DNA from: an uncultured bacterium
Lineage (GTDB): Bacteria > Patescibacteriota > Minisyncoccia > Phycocordibacterales > UBA9973
Reading direction: 5' to 3'
Assembly: GCA_903892035.1 (NCBI GenBank)
Contig: CAITGV010000001.1
Location: forward strand, 419,310 to 483,309
DNA: 64,000 bases
This document shows positions 9,966-21,166 of the stretch, piece by piece. How positions within the stretch are numbered: the first letter of the stretch is position 1; each line of letters begins with the position of its first letter. The notes beneath the pieces were generated by a model. That model ran no database searches. It had not been told where the DNA came from and saw only the letters and a list, made by a program, of their open reading frames with translations. Position numbers and translations under genes: made by a program.

Positions 9966-11264
9966 ATGAACAAGTACGCCCATATTTTTAAGGGTAAAAA
10001 GGTCACAATAATGGGTCTTGGGCTCCTCGGTAAAGGTTTGGGAGACGCTATTTTTCTAGCGAAAGCTGGTGCAATTTTGACTATTACAGATTTGAAAAAT
10101 GAAAAAGAATTGGCACCATCTTTGGATAAATTAAAAAAATATAAAAATATAAAGTATGTTTTAGGTAAACATGAAATTTCAGATTTTGAAAATTGCGATT
10201 TTGTTCTAAAAGCTCAAGGTGTACCGCTAAATTCTCCATACATTGAGCATGCAAGAAAAAGTAAAATTCCAATAAGAATGGATGATGAATTATTTATTTC
10301 TTTACTACCCAAAAATGTAAAAGTTGTCGGTGTGACTGGCACAAGAGGGAAGACAACTGTAGCATCTTTAATTTTTCACATTTTAAAAAGTTCAGGTAAA
10401 AAAGCTCATCTTGGTGGAAATATTCGTGGTCTCGCTACTCTTTCACTTTTGCCAAAAATAAAGTCTGGAGATATTGTTGTGCTCGAGCTTTCTTCGTGGC
10501 AACTGCAAGGTTTTCATGAGCAAAAAATTTCTCCAAATATTTCTGTGTTTACAAATTTTATGGATGATCATATGAATTATTATTCTTCACGAAAGGAATA
10601 TTATTACGACAAATCTGCAATTTATGCCTACCAGAAAAAAGGCGATATTTGCGTTGTTGGTAGTTCACTTGGTAGTTTCACTACCAAGTCGAAGAAAATT
10701 ATTGCAGAATCCAATGATGTGCCAAAAAATTGGAAATTACCTTTGGTTGGAGAACATAATTTAGAAAATATTTCTTTGTCTGTTGCAGTTGTGAAAGCGT
10801 TAAGAATACCAATAATAAAAATAAAAAAAGGAGTAGAGAGTTTTAAGGCTGTCGAAGGACGATTGCAATTAGTGAAAAAAATAAAAGGTGTGGGAATTTA
10901 CAATGACAACAATTCTACAACACCAGAAGCCACAGTCGCAGCGCTCAAAGCATTTCCAAATAAAAATATAATTTTAATTATGGGCGGAGCAGATAAAGGT
11001 CTTGATACAAAAGAATTAATAAAGACTATTTTAAAATATACAAAAAAAGTTATTTTGCTTCCAGGAACTGGCACTGAGACATTACCCACACTCACACGAA
11101 CCGTTCTTGCGAGTAGTTTACAAGATGCAGTAAAGAAAGCATTGGAATTTGCAGAAAAAGGAGATGTGATTTTATTTTCACCAGCTTTTGCTTCATTTGG
11201 TTTATTTAAAAATGAATATGATAGAAATGATCAATTTATGAATATTATTAAAAAATTAAAATAA
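9966..11264 (+). CDS. murD: UDP-N-acetylmuramoylalanine--D-glutamate ligase MurD
   Basis: Mur ligase P-loop VVGVTGTRGKTT; located between murI and murC. Confidence 0.9.
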   Translation: MNKYAHIFKGKKVTIMGLGLLGKGLGDAIFLAKAGAILTITDLKNEKELAPSLDKLKKYKNIKYVLGKHEISDFENCDFVLKAQGVPLNSPYIEHARKSKIPIRMDDELFISLLPKNVKVVGVTGTRGKTTVASLIFHILKSSGKKAHLGGNIRGLATLSLLPKIKSGDIVVLELSSWQLQGFHEQKISPNISVFTNFMDDHMNYYSSRKEYYYDKSAIYAYQKKGDICVVGSSLGSFTTKSKKIIAESNDVPKNWKLPLVGEHNLENISLSVAVVKALRIPIIKIKKGVESFKAVEGRLQLVKKIKGVGIYNDNNSTTPEATVAALKAFPNKNIILIMGGADKGLDTKELIKTILKYTKKVILLPGTGTETLPTLTRTVLASSLQDAVKKALEFAEKGDVILFSPAFASFGLFKNEYDRNDQFMNIIKKLK

Positions 11265-11265
11265 T

Positions 11266-12516
11266 ATGGAACTCGACCTTACTAAAATCAAAAAAGTATT
11301 TTTTATCGGTATTGGTGGTATTGGTATTTCAGCATTGGCAAAACTCGCAATTTCTAGAGGAATTGAGGTTGTTGGATTAAATGATGATGAAAGCAAGGAA
11401 ACACTTGAGCCTTTAAGACAGCAAGGTGTAGAAATATTTTTTTTGAAAGATTTTAAAGAATTACCCCAAGCAAATATGTATGTGTACAGTGATGCTTGGC
11501 TTTTTCGAGGACCAGAAATAATTGAAAATGCTAAAAAAACTGGTACGCCAGTACTTAGTTATTTTGAAGCGCTTGCAGAATTTGCAAAAAATTATAAAGT
11601 GCTTGCAATTTCTGGCACACACGGTAAGACGACTACTACTGCAATGGTTGCTGAAATTTTGGTGAGTGCTGGGCTCGACCCGACTGTTATTGTCGGCTCT
11701 TTTGTAAAAAGTTTTGGAAGTAATTTTAGGTCTGGCAAAGGTGAGTACTTAGTAGTGGAGGCAGATGAATTTGCACGTCATATGCTTTTCTTTAAGCCTT
11801 ATGTTGGTGCAGTTACAAATATTGAAGTAGATCACCTCGACACCTATAAGGATTTGGAAGATATTAAAAATACTTTTGCCAAGTTTCTTTCACAAAGCGA
11901 AATAAAAATTTCAGAAAATGATTATGAAAAATTTTTACCACTTGTACCTAAACTGCAAGTTCCTGGTGAGCACAATCGTAAAAATGCCGCGTGTGCATTT
12001 GCTGTCGCTCAAATCCTCGGCATCGACGATCACGTTACGAGCCTCGCGTTACACAACTTTGCCGGCACTTGGCGCCGTTTGGAAAATAGGGGAACTCTTG
12101 CATCTGGTACGATAGTCTATGATGATTATGCGCATCATCCAAGCGAGATACGCGCAAGCTTACAAGCTTTACGAGAACTGTATCCAAAAGGAGAGAAAAA
12201 AATTTACGTCCTTTTCCAACCGCATATGTACAACCGTACAAAAGCATTTTTCAAAGAGTTTTCTGAGAGCTTTGTGCTTGCAGACGAAGTAGGATTTCTG
12301 CCAATTTTTTATGCACGAGAAGCTCCCGATCCAGAAGTGTCGAGCGAAAAACTTTCAAACGAAGTGGAGAAATTTCAGGGTAATTCACATTATTTACCAG
12401 ATTTTGATTCTGCAGAAAAATATTTCCGTGAAGCAAATTTTGGTCCAGATGATATTTTCGTTACCATGGGTGCTGGTCTTGCCTATAAAGTGGGGGATAA
12501 TTTAATGAAAATATAA
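11266..12516 (+). CDS. murC: UDP-N-acetylmuramate--L-alanine ligase MurC
   Basis: N-terminal Rossmann GIGGIGISALA and P-loop ISGTHGKTTTT. Confidence 0.9.
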   Translation: MELDLTKIKKVFFIGIGGIGISALAKLAISRGIEVVGLNDDESKETLEPLRQQGVEIFFLKDFKELPQANMYVYSDAWLFRGPEIIENAKKTGTPVLSYFEALAEFAKNYKVLAISGTHGKTTTTAMVAEILVSAGLDPTVIVGSFVKSFGSNFRSGKGEYLVVEADEFARHMLFFKPYVGAVTNIEVDHLDTYKDLEDIKNTFAKFLSQSEIKISENDYEKFLPLVPKLQVPGEHNRKNAACAFAVAQILGIDDHVTSLALHNFAGTWRRLENRGTLASGTIVYDDYAHHPSEIRASLQALRELYPKGEKKIYVLFQPHMYNRTKAFFKEFSESFVLADEVGFLPIFYAREAPDPEVSSEKLSNEVEKFQGNSHYLPDFDSAEKYFREANFGPDDIFVTMGAGLAYKVGDNLMKI

Positions 12517-12519
12517 AAA

Positions 12520-12558
12520 TTCAGGCTTAAAAGATTTCTCTAATAAGCCTGAATGTTT
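12520..12558. terminator. Hairpin between convergent murC and the minus-strand gene
   Basis: Stem TTCAGGCTTA/TAAGCCTGAA with a large loop, then a T-run. Located between convergent genes. Confidence 0.35.
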
Positions 12559-13115
12559 TCTTTTACAAAAAATTTTTGAAGGGAGATTTTAATCTCGCTT
12601 TCGACTGATTCTTGGTCATCGGATACAATGAGTGTATATTTCCCAAGTGATAGATTTTCAAAAAAACCATTATCACTTGTTTGAAAATATTCATCGTCTC
12701 CAAATAATTCAAAATCATAGTCACCATTTCCTCCTTGCGCATTTACATAAAGTGCTACATAATTTATGCATTCATTTAAAGAATCATAAATAATATTGTT
12801 TAGAAAAACTTTAAAATAAATATGCTGGTGAATAGTTACTTTTACTATTTTGCTTTGATTTCCTAAGTCATCTTTTAAAATGACATAGTAGTTACCTGAA
12901 TCTAGATCATTGAAAAAAAGTTCAGGTGAGAAGTTTTTACCACTATCGATAGAGGTGAGATAGTGGGAGTAGTTGTCAGCAGGAGAAATTTGAATATAAC
13001 CCCTATTTCCATTTTTCATCAGATTGCCTGTTGCAATACTGAAGTTAATTTCTTGAGCCTTGGAAATGGTATTAAATAATACCAACATCAAAGCAATTTT
13101 TAGTACTTTTATCAT
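12540..13115 (-). CDS. Hypothetical secreted protein with two internal repeats
   Basis: Signal peptide (MIKVLKIALMLVLFNTISKAQE). Repeated GNYYVILKDDLGNQS / GKYTLIVSDDQES units. Confidence 0.5.
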   Translation of the reverse strand: MIKVLKIALMLVLFNTISKAQEINFSIATGNLMKNGNRGYIQISPADNYSHYLTSIDSGKNFSPELFFNDLDSGNYYVILKDDLGNQSKIVKVTIHQHIYFKVFLNNIIYDSLNECINYVALYVNAQGGNGDYDFELFGDDEYFQTSDNGFFENLSLGKYTLIVSDDQESVESEIKISLQKFFVKENIQAY

Positions 13116-13228
13116 TGGTTTATTTAATTGTTAATAGATAGTTCTTTTTTATAATTATACAAAATTTGAACTTTATATCATAGTTTCTGAAAGGTTGTCT
13201 TTATTCTAATATAAGTTAACATAAGTAT

Positions 13229-16219
13229 ATGAATTTTAATGAAGGATATAAAAAATTAAACAAAGCACAAAAGGAGGCAGTTGATACTATCGATGGTCCG
13301 GTCATGGTTGTGGCGGGGCCGGGGACGGGTAAGACTCAGATATTGGCACTGCGTATTGCAAATATTTTACAAAAAACTGATACACCAGCTTCGGGGATTT
13401 TGTGTCTGACTTTTACAAACTCTGGAGTGAAAGCAATGCGAAGTCGTCTCGAGGCATATATTGGCACGCGAGCAAGAGAAGTAAAGATAATGACATTTCA
13501 CAGCTTCGCACTTTCGCTTATTGAAAAATATTATATCTATCTAGATTTTCCTATTGAGCCGAAATTGCTCGATGACGGAGAAGCAGTTTTGATTGCCGAT
13601 GAATTGCTTCATGGCAATGATTGGGAATATTTGCGACCACGTAGCAATCCCACAATGTATTTCCGTGATATAAAAAATCTCATTTCAAATCTAAAAAGAG
13701 ATGGTGTTAAACCTTTGGACTTTTGTGCAATTATCGATGCAGAAATTGAAAATATAAAAAATGATGAAAATAGTATTTCAAGTCGTGGAGAGACAAAGGG
13801 ACAATTGAAAAAAGAAGTTGAGAAAAAAATAGAATCACTAATGCGTACTCGTGAGGTGGTGAGTTTTTATGAAAAATATGAAGAAATAAAAAAAGAGAAA
13901 TGTGTAATTGACTATGACGATGTTCTCGAACTTCTTGTTACTCTTGTTGAGACCTCAGAAGATGTACGTTCAGAAATGCAAGAAGAAAATTTATATGTGC
14001 TTGTAGACGAACATCAAGATTCATCTGGAATACAAAATAAGTTTTTGCAGGCAGTTTGGAAAGGCGAAGAACAGCCAAATATTTTTGTTGTGGGAGATGA
14101 TCGCCAGCTTATATATGGATTCTCAGGAGCATCTGTTTCGTATTTTGAAGAATTTGCGCATATGTTTGGTGATGCAAAATGTATAACACTCACTGAGAAT
14201 TATCGCTCAACTGGAAAAATTTTAGCTCTTGCGGATGACTTACTCACAAGTACTGTGGCAAAAGCGAAATTGCATAGCAATAAAATGGGGGACATTGCAC
14301 CCGAGCTTTCAGAATACACTTATCCTCGTGATGAAATAATTGGCGCTGGTTTGTATTTTAAAAAGAAAATAGCGGAAGGTGTATCGCCATCTGAATGTGC
14401 AATACTTTTGCCAAAAAATAAACACGTACGTACAGCTTCAAATATTTTACGAGATATGGGCATACCAGTATTGTCTGAAAAAAATACAGCACTTTTTTCT
14501 TGCCCTGAAACTCAAAGTGTTTTGAAAGTTTTGCGAATAATGATTTCACCTTATGATGATATTTTAATTTCAAATATCATTCTCGATGATGCAAGTGGTA
14601 TACCATCTTTGATTGCACATAAATTTTTGAAAAGTCTTGGTTATGAAAAATGTACTCTCGAGCATTTAGTAAAAGCAGGAAGTGGTGACGGACTTTTTGT
14701 GGAATCAAATCCAATTGCAAATTTTGGCAAAAAAATAATGTCGTGGACAGAGCTTTTGTCACATGAAAGAATTTCAGCAATTGTGGCAACAGTAGGAAAT
14801 GAGCTCTTGATTGATACAGTAAAAGATCATGAGCAACTAATTCGCAGAGTTGAAATAGTTCGCAGTCTTATTCACGCAGGTATTTCTTGGGAAGAAAAAA
14901 ATCCGCGAGGAACCCTTGCTGAATTTTTGGAATATTTTTCGCGCCTCGAAGTTTATGACAATATTATAGAGCTTGCGAGTCTCGGTGGTGCAAAGGGTGT
15001 TTCTGTAATGACTCTTCATAAATCAAAAGGTCTCGAATTTGAGTACGTTTGGGTAGCGCATATGAATGAAGAGATTGTAATGTCTGAAAAGAAAAATAAT
15101 TTTACTCTTCCAGAAAAGATAAAAGGAATGGTTGAAAAAAGAGATGAGCTCACAGCCAAAAGGGAATTATACGTTGCTATTACTCGCGCAAAGAGTGAGT
15201 GTACGGTATCGTATGCAGAAAAAGGTTACAATGGAAGTGAAATGACCCTCGCTAGTATTGTTGAAGATATACCAAAAGAACATTTTGTAAAAGTGTCTTC
15301 TAGTGAAAACGAAGAGTTAATACTTTCTGATACTCCAGTGCACTATATTGCCAAGCCAGTAGAAAATGTTTCGACTGATAATATGGAGAAAGTAAAAGAA
15401 TTTGTATGTGAACGTTATGGCGAGACAAAAGTTTCTGTTACACTTTTGAATAATTTTTTTGAATGTCCATGGAAGTGGTATTTTAGGAATTTCTTGCGAT
15501 TACCTGATATGAAAACCGTTTCTCTTTCACTCGGTTCTGCTGTGCATGCAACTCTAGAATTTATTCTCAAAGACCTGTCTGCGCAGGCAGGAAAAGAACT
15601 TCCTAGTGAAGAAAAGATAAATGAAAAAATTGTAGAAGAATTGATAAAAAATCAAGTAAAAGACGATAAAGAAATAACACGTCTTACAAAAGATGGTTTG
15701 AAAGCAGTAATGAATTGGGTGGATGTTTATTACAAAAATTTGGCAAAAGAATATTTCACCGAACGCTCTATTTCATATAGAGATCAAGTTTTTCCAAATC
15801 TGACAATGTATGGAAAAATTGACCTTACTGAAAAATATCCAGACGGCACATATATGGTGACAGATTTTAAAACTGGTTCATCGAAAACTACAGGAATGAT
15901 AGAGAAAATTTCTGAAGAGGGAAGACTTTCAGATTTAATGCGTCAGCTCGCAATGTATTCATATCTCATAGCTGGTGCCGAGAAAGGCAAACACGTGAGT
16001 GTATCGCGCCTGCTTTTCCTTGAAGCACCCAAGACTGATAAAAATGCTGTATATGGCACTCACGTAGACAATGAGAAAATAGACTTACTAAAAAAAGATA
16101 TTAGTGAATACGATGAATTACTTAAATCTGGTGAGTGGACAAATCGACCTTGTAACTTTAATTCTTACGGAAAAAATACTGAATGCGAATATTGTGCACT
16201 GGCTAGTAAAATATATTAG
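13229..16219 (+). CDS. UvrD/PcrA-family helicase fused to a C-terminal PD-(D/E)XK nuclease with a 4-Cys (Fe-S, AddB/Cas4-like) module
   Basis: Walker A VVAGPGTGKTQ and UvrD motifs (DEHQD, VGDDRQLIYGFSGA, TLHKSKGLEF). C-terminal nuclease motifs: CPWKWYF..., D...VTDFKTG (D-x-K), and the C-terminal CNFNSYGKNTECEYC. Confidence 0.8.
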   Translation: MNFNEGYKKLNKAQKEAVDTIDGPVMVVAGPGTGKTQILALRIANILQKTDTPASGILCLTFTNSGVKAMRSRLEAYIGTRAREVKIMTFHSFALSLIEKYYIYLDFPIEPKLLDDGEAVLIADELLHGNDWEYLRPRSNPTMYFRDIKNLISNLKRDGVKPLDFCAIIDAEIENIKNDENSISSRGETKGQLKKEVEKKIESLMRTREVVSFYEKYEEIKKEKCVIDYDDVLELLVTLVETSEDVRSEMQEENLYVLVDEHQDSSGIQNKFLQAVWKGEEQPNIFVVGDDRQLIYGFSGASVSYFEEFAHMFGDAKCITLTENYRSTGKILALADDLLTSTVAKAKLHSNKMGDIAPELSEYTYPRDEIIGAGLYFKKKIAEGVSPSECAILLPKNKHVRTASNILRDMGIPVLSEKNTALFSCPETQSVLKVLRIMISPYDDILISNIILDDASGIPSLIAHKFLKSLGYEKCTLEHLVKAGSGDGLFVESNPIANFGKKIMSWTELLSHERISAIVATVGNELLIDTVKDHEQLIRRVEIVRSLIHAGISWEEKNPRGTLAEFLEYFSRLEVYDNIIELASLGGAKGVSVMTLHKSKGLEFEYVWVAHMNEEIVMSEKKNNFTLPEKIKGMVEKRDELTAKRELYVAITRAKSECTVSYAEKGYNGSEMTLASIVEDIPKEHFVKVSSSENEELILSDTPVHYIAKPVENVSTDNMEKVKEFVCERYGETKVSVTLLNNFFECPWKWYFRNFLRLPDMKTVSLSLGSAVHATLEFILKDLSAQAGKELPSEEKINEKIVEELIKNQVKDDKEITRLTKDGLKAVMNWVDVYYKNLAKEYFTERSISYRDQVFPNLTMYGKIDLTEKYPDGTYMVTDFKTGSSKTTGMIEKISEEGRLSDLMRQLAMYSYLIAGAEKGKHVSVSRLLFLEAPKTDKNAVYGTHVDNEKIDLLKKDISEYDELLKSGEWTNRPCNFNSYGKNTECEYCALASKIY

Positions 16220-16256
16220 TTTATTCACATATTTTTTCTGTTTTAAGTATAAAAAA

Positions 16257-16265
16257 TGCTATAAT
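16257..16265 (+). promoter_or_regulatory. Extended -10 box TGCTATAAT
   Basis: The same TGCTATAAT nonamer occurs upstream of gyrB (25782) and of the acyl-AMP ligase (62652). It lies ~80 nt upstream of the AAGAGG RBS and ATG at 16345. Confidence 0.35.
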
Positions 16266-16344
16266 ATTAGTGCGTTTTCTACCAAAACCACTTTAAATGA
16301 AAGATTTTTTTATCAAAACAATTAAATTAATTAAGAGGCATAAA

Positions 16345-19300
16345 ATGTTGCTAGGTTCTCTTGTTTTTTTGATGATTTTTTCTGTTGCTACTTATGCTCT
16401 TGCCACTCCACTTTATAATCCAGGTCAGACACTAAATCCTAGTTGTGTTCCTGGTAGCACAGATTGTACTGTGAATCTCGGTGCAGTAGATTTGGTGACC
16501 CGCACTATCACGAGTAATTTTACAATTGATTCTCTTGGCCATGACGACATTATTTATGCAGATACAAGTGCAGCAAATGATATTACAATTTCTCTTCCAG
16601 CAATTTCATCGATTAAGCGTGATTTATATTTTATTAAAACTGCCGCATCTCATACTGTGGTGATTTCACCAAATGGTATTGAGACTATAAATGGCGGAAC
16701 GTCTATTCAACTTACAGATATAAATCAATCAGTACATTTAGAAAGTTTGCAGACAGGTGGCTGGAGTGCGACTTACAATTTTCTTGATAATAATCGAGTT
16801 TCACCGATTGATGTAAAGGCTACAACGACAGCAGATCTTGGTACGGTGACTTATTACAATGGAATTTCTGACGATGGTGTTGGTGCTACAATTACAAATG
16901 CAGGTACTCTTCAAGCTTTTCCAAATCAAGATGGAATACCATTGAGTATAAACAATCGTGTATTGGTTCAGTATCAAACAGATCAAAGACAAAATGGCGT
17001 ATATGAACTTTCAACAGTTGGAGATGGTGCGACCCCCTGGGTTTTAACTCGTACAACTGACTCTGATCAAACTTCCGAACTTGATCCACAAATTGTAATT
17101 CCAACTCTTGGAACACAAGCCGGTGTTCAATTTACTCAGACGACGTTGCAACCAAGTATCGGTCCAGATGCAAATGGAATTGGTGATAATATTATTTACA
17201 CTGTTACAGTTGCGGCTTCACCAAATTTAAATGTTACCCAATCTTCAGCGGGTACTCAAGTTGCAAATCAAATTCCCGTATGGAATAGCACCACAAGGCA
17301 ACTAACAAAAGGAAGTGCAAATTTTACATTCAACGAAGCAGCACCAGCAAAAGTTTTGACAATTGGTGGCACTGACAATGGCGCGGGGCAAATAAATCTT
17401 GCAGGCCGAGTTTTTGCAAGACAGTGGGGTACAAAAGGAAATATTGCGGTAGGTCCTCTTTCTGGAAATCCAGCATATGGTCTCGACAATACTTTTATGG
17501 GTTATGGATCTGGAAATTCAGCTGCTACTTCAAATTCAATGAATTACAATAGTTTTTACGGAGCTCTTACTGGGCAAAATATTACATCAGGGACAAATAA
17601 TGTTTTAATTGGTTATCATTCTGGTACAAATGTTGCGTATGGAAATACAAATACATTTACTACGGCAAATAATAATACATTGATTGGATCTAGTACAACG
17701 TCTTGTTCAAATAATATGGTGTTGGGAGGAGAGTCATTTGATTATTATGCCACCGATCTACCTTATCCTCATGGGCTCGGTCAGACGTCATCAAGTAATT
17801 GTTTTATTCAAGATCATCAACCAAAATATTCTATAGCTTTAGGTTCGGGTGCAAATATTACCGATAGTAATGAATTAGTTATTGGTTCAAATACAAATTC
17901 TACAACAACAAATTCTGTACCATCAAATAAAAATGGACAAATTATTGAAGCGTATCTTGGTGCAGGTGTAGCAGCTCCAAATATTCAAGTTGGTGACTAT
18001 GTGCGCCTTCAGTCATCTAGTGGGCTAACTGATGATAGTGGTTTTGGTCCTGGAATATTAAGTTCAGATCAAAACGGTGAAGATTTCTATTTAGCTGCTG
18101 GTAGATCGACTGGTGCAGGAACGGGTGGAAAATTGGTTTTTCAAACTAGTAATCAAATGAATATTCATCCGATGCCAAATCCATTGGTTAATAGATTTAT
18201 TATTTACCCAAACAATAGTGGCAATACAGCTACCAGTGGACAAGTTGCCGTAACAGGAAGCAAATTTGGAATAAACGGATTGAATTATATTTGGCCATCA
18301 TCACAAGGTACTGATCTTACTTCTTTGTTTGATGACGGGTCCGGAAATTTATCATGGGTAAGTGCTTCTACGGCACGATCAAATCTATCTTTGGGTAGTA
18401 TAGCTTTATATAATGTTTTACCGATTGCCCAAGGTGGCACTGGAACATCAAGTTTTAGTAATTTTGGCGATAGCGGATCTTTTTTGGGAAGTAGTGGAGA
18501 GCGAATGAATAGCGTAGGAAGTGTTGTAAGTTCTGCTATCTACTCTGTTGATCCTAGTACTAATTCTTGCGCTGTGATTTCTGGAAATGGTATCGGTAGT
18601 CCACTATCAATAAGTACTTCTTCTCAAACATTTGCACTAAATAGTGGGGTTTCTATTACTTTTGGAGCAAATACTGGACATACCAAGGGAGATTCCTGGA
18701 CCTTTTCTGCTACTTCAAGTATTGGTTCTACAACTTTTACTGGAAGTGGTCTTAATGATATGACTACAAGTGGAACTTATACTGGAACTGGAACAACAAC
18801 TTATATAGTAAATATTCTTACAACAGGAGTGAATGATACTTTTAGTGTAAGCATTAGCAATAATGGTCTTATTTATGGTTCAGGGGCAACATGCCAATTG
18901 GTTATAACGAGCCACCAGATTAGTGCTGTAAATATTTTTGATTCAGTAGCTACTGGAGGTAATGGTTACTCATCTTTACATCCGCCGATTATATTAGTTA
19001 CTTCAGGTACAGTAAGTTCTGGTACAACTAACCTAGTTCCAATTTTTGGTTCTAGTGTTGCAAGTGTCAATGTCAATAGCTCAGCAACATATTCTGTCGA
19101 CCCAACAACTTGTTCTATTACTGCTGGTCAATCAGGACAAGGTGCAACTTGTACAGTTTCTGTTGCTAACCATAAGATTATTGCAATCAATGTAACAAAT
19201 GGTGGTAGTGGATATTCAAATAACAGTATCGATTCAGTTACAATATCTGACGGAACTATTAGTTCTGGGACAAATAGTTTTACTATATATTATGGATCTG

Positions 19301-20997
19301 GTGTAATGGTAAATCGATTATTAACGTTTACAAATGCAAATGGATTAGCAACAAATGTCGGTGGAACTTTAACTGCTCCCAATCTTGGTATCATTTCAAC
19401 AAATACTAAGCTTGATTTCAATATTCCAATGGCTGGTGCTAGTTTAACTTTTAATGCTGATGCAGGTAGTGGTGGTAGTTCAACATCGACAGTATTTCCA
19501 GTTGCTACAGCAGGATTGATTAGTACTGGAACTCAAACATTTGTCGGAAATAAATATTTCTGTGCAGCAAATGGATTGAATTCAAATGGTACTGCTTGTT
19601 CTACAAATTTCAATGGTGATGTGAACTTTAACTTCGGAGGTGGAAATTCAAGTGTGAATATGTCACATTCAGCAGTAGCCACAAACAATGGTGTAACTTT
19701 AGCTTGGGGTGCGACGACAGGCCACACTGCAGGCGACTCATGGACATTTACAGCTTCGTCTGGAGGAATCAATACTGCTACTGCAAATGGAAGTAATTTA
19801 GGTCCAGATGATTTGACGACAGGGGGAACTTTTTCTGGGTCAGGAACTGTGAGCTATGTTGTCACTGTTGTGTGTACGGCGGGTCATTCACCTTGTTCTG
19901 GTGTAGATAAATTTAGTTGGGCAACAAATGGAAGTAATGTTGTAAACTTTGCTGGAGCCACAGTAAACTTTTCTGCAAGTACGGTAAACTATACTGGTGC
20001 ATCACTAAATCTTTTGAGTACAAATCTTAATTTTGGTGATGGAAGTCACATTAACAATTTAACTGTAAATGATAGTGCGACATTCAGTGGACCTTCGTTT
20101 ATACTACAATCAGCAGTTACTAATTTTAATGGAGGGGGTATTAGTTTTGGAAATAGCGCTGATATTACTTTTGCAAATAATGGATTTAATGTAGTTTTTG
20201 GAACTCCATCTTTTTTCAATAATCAAATGTTTGCGACAAATTTGACGCCATCGTCGGCGGGGCAGTCGGCGCTTTGTTTGGATCCTGGGACATTTGAAGT
20301 CACACAGGATGCTTCTGGAATTTGTACGCCATCATCAGAGCGATTTAAACATGATATAAATTCTTTGACTGGTGCAAATGGGGGAACAAGCCTCGATACT
20401 ATTTTAGCTCTTCGACCAGTTTCATATCGTTACAACAATCTTGATCCAAACAATACAAAAAATCCTCGCCTTGGTTTAATTGCAGAAGAAGTAATAAATG
20501 TTGATCCACGTTTAGTTTCTTTTGAAGAAGATGGCACTACACCTCACGGAGTAAATTATTTTGATTTGACTGCAGTGCTTACAAAAGCGCTTCAGGAAGA
20601 AGATGTGAAAGTAAATAGTATTAGTGACTTGAGTCTTACAGATGGAAATTCATTTGGTGGAAAATTGCGAGCGTGGTTGGGAAGTGCGACAAATGGAATC
20701 ACATCACTTTTTGCTGACAAAGTTACAACAAAACAATTATGTTTGGAAGATGTCTGTGTGACAAAATCTCAATTACAAACATTGTTGCAAAATTCTGGCG
20801 GTGGGAACAGTGGGGGAGGAAATGTAAATCCTGCACCTACTCCAGATCCTACACCAGTTCCAGACCCAGTACTAACACCAACTCCAGACCCAACTCCGAC
20901 ACCAGATCCAGTGCCAAGCCCAAATCCTACTCCGGATCCGTCTCCAAATCCTTCACCTTCGCCAGACCCAACTCCTGACCCAATACCAGCTCCTTAG
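16345..20997 (+). CDS. Giant cell-surface protein (about 1550 aa) with a C-terminal peptidase S74 intramolecular-chaperone (phage tail-fibre-type) domain and a Pro/Thr-rich tail
   Basis: AAGAGG RBS 8 nt before the ATG at 16345; the ORF track start 16297 lies upstream in frame. Signal/anchor [19 protein letters not shown]. Ser/Thr/Gly/Asn-rich beta-rich body. S74 motif [20 protein letters not shown]...GLIAEEV near the C-terminus. Terminal (PTPDP)n low-complexity tail. Confidence 0.75.
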   Translation: MLLGSLVFLMIFSVATYALATPLYNPGQTLNPSCVPGSTDCTVNLGAVDLVTRTITSNFTIDSLGHDDIIYADTSAANDITISLPAISSIKRDLYFIKTAASHTVVISPNGIETINGGTSIQLTDINQSVHLESLQTGGWSATYNFLDNNRVSPIDVKATTTADLGTVTYYNGISDDGVGATITNAGTLQAFPNQDGIPLSINNRVLVQYQTDQRQNGVYELSTVGDGATPWVLTRTTDSDQTSELDPQIVIPTLGTQAGVQFTQTTLQPSIGPDANGIGDNIIYTVTVAASPNLNVTQSSAGTQVANQIPVWNSTTRQLTKGSANFTFNEAAPAKVLTIGGTDNGAGQINLAGRVFARQWGTKGNIAVGPLSGNPAYGLDNTFMGYGSGNSAATSNSMNYNSFYGALTGQNITSGTNNVLIGYHSGTNVAYGNTNTFTTANNNTLIGSSTTSCSNNMVLGGESFDYYATDLPYPHGLGQTSSSNCFIQDHQPKYSIALGSGANITDSNELVIGSNTNSTTTNSVPSNKNGQIIEAYLGAGVAAPNIQVGDYVRLQSSSGLTDDSGFGPGILSSDQNGEDFYLAAGRSTGAGTGGKLVFQTSNQMNIHPMPNPLVNRFIIYPNNSGNTATSGQVAVTGSKFGINGLNYIWPSSQGTDLTSLFDDGSGNLSWVSASTARSNLSLGSIALYNVLPIAQGGTGTSSFSNFGDSGSFLGSSGERMNSVGSVVSSAIYSVDPSTNSCAVISGNGIGSPLSISTSSQTFALNSGVSITFGANTGHTKGDSWTFSATSSIGSTTFTGSGLNDMTTSGTYTGTGTTTYIVNILTTGVNDTFSVSISNNGLIYGSGATCQLVITSHQISAVNIFDSVATGGNGYSSLHPPIILVTSGTVSSGTTNLVPIFGSSVASVNVNSSATYSVDPTTCSITAGQSGQGATCTVSVANHKIIAINVTNGGSGYSNNSIDSVTISDGTISSGTNSFTIYYGSGVMVNRLLTFTNANGLATNVGGTLTAPNLGIISTNTKLDFNIPMAGASLTFNADAGSGGSSTSTVFPVATAGLISTGTQTFVGNKYFCAANGLNSNGTACSTNFNGDVNFNFGGGNSSVNMSHSAVATNNGVTLAWGATTGHTAGDSWTFTASSGGINTATANGSNLGPDDLTTGGTFSGSGTVSYVVTVVCTAGHSPCSGVDKFSWATNGSNVVNFAGATVNFSASTVNYTGASLNLLSTNLNFGDGSHINNLTVNDSATFSGPSFILQSAVTNFNGGGISFGNSADITFANNGFNVVFGTPSFFNNQMFATNLTPSSAGQSALCLDPGTFEVTQDASGICTPSSERFKHDINSLTGANGGTSLDTILALRPVSYRYNNLDPNNTKNPRLGLIAEEVINVDPRLVSFEEDGTTPHGVNYFDLTAVLTKALQEEDVKVNSISDLSLTDGNSFGGKLRAWLGSATNGITSLFADKVTTKQLCLEDVCVTKSQLQTLLQNSGGGNSGGGNVNPAPTPDPTPVPDPVLTPTPDPTPTPDPVPSPNPTPDPSPNPSPSPDPTPDPIPAP
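20824..20994 (+). repeat. Low-complexity Pro-Thr/Asp codon repeat (PTPDP units) at the 3' end of the giant surface protein gene
   Basis: Tandem degenerate CCAACTCCAGACCCA-type units are visible in the sequence. Confidence 0.7.
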
Positions 20998-21166
20998 TTA
21001 TCAAAGGTTTATCCACAATTGCTATTGACCTAAAATAGAAAATAGGGTATATTTAAATTAGACTGATAAGTCTGCCCTTTGTCAAATATTATTTGTTTAA
21101 CCTTGGAAATTAAAGGTGGTTTTTGAGGTTAAACAAATAATAATAAAAAATAAATACTTACAGAAA

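Noticed and set aside
16297-16344. Upstream start for the giant surface protein at 16297
   Set aside because: A strong AAGAGG RBS precedes the ATG at 16345, and the signal peptide begins there. The upstream 16 codons lack an RBS.
20739-20978. 79-aa ORF inside the Pro/Thr repeat region of the giant protein
   Set aside because: Alternative frame of a low-complexity codon repeat; not an independent gene.
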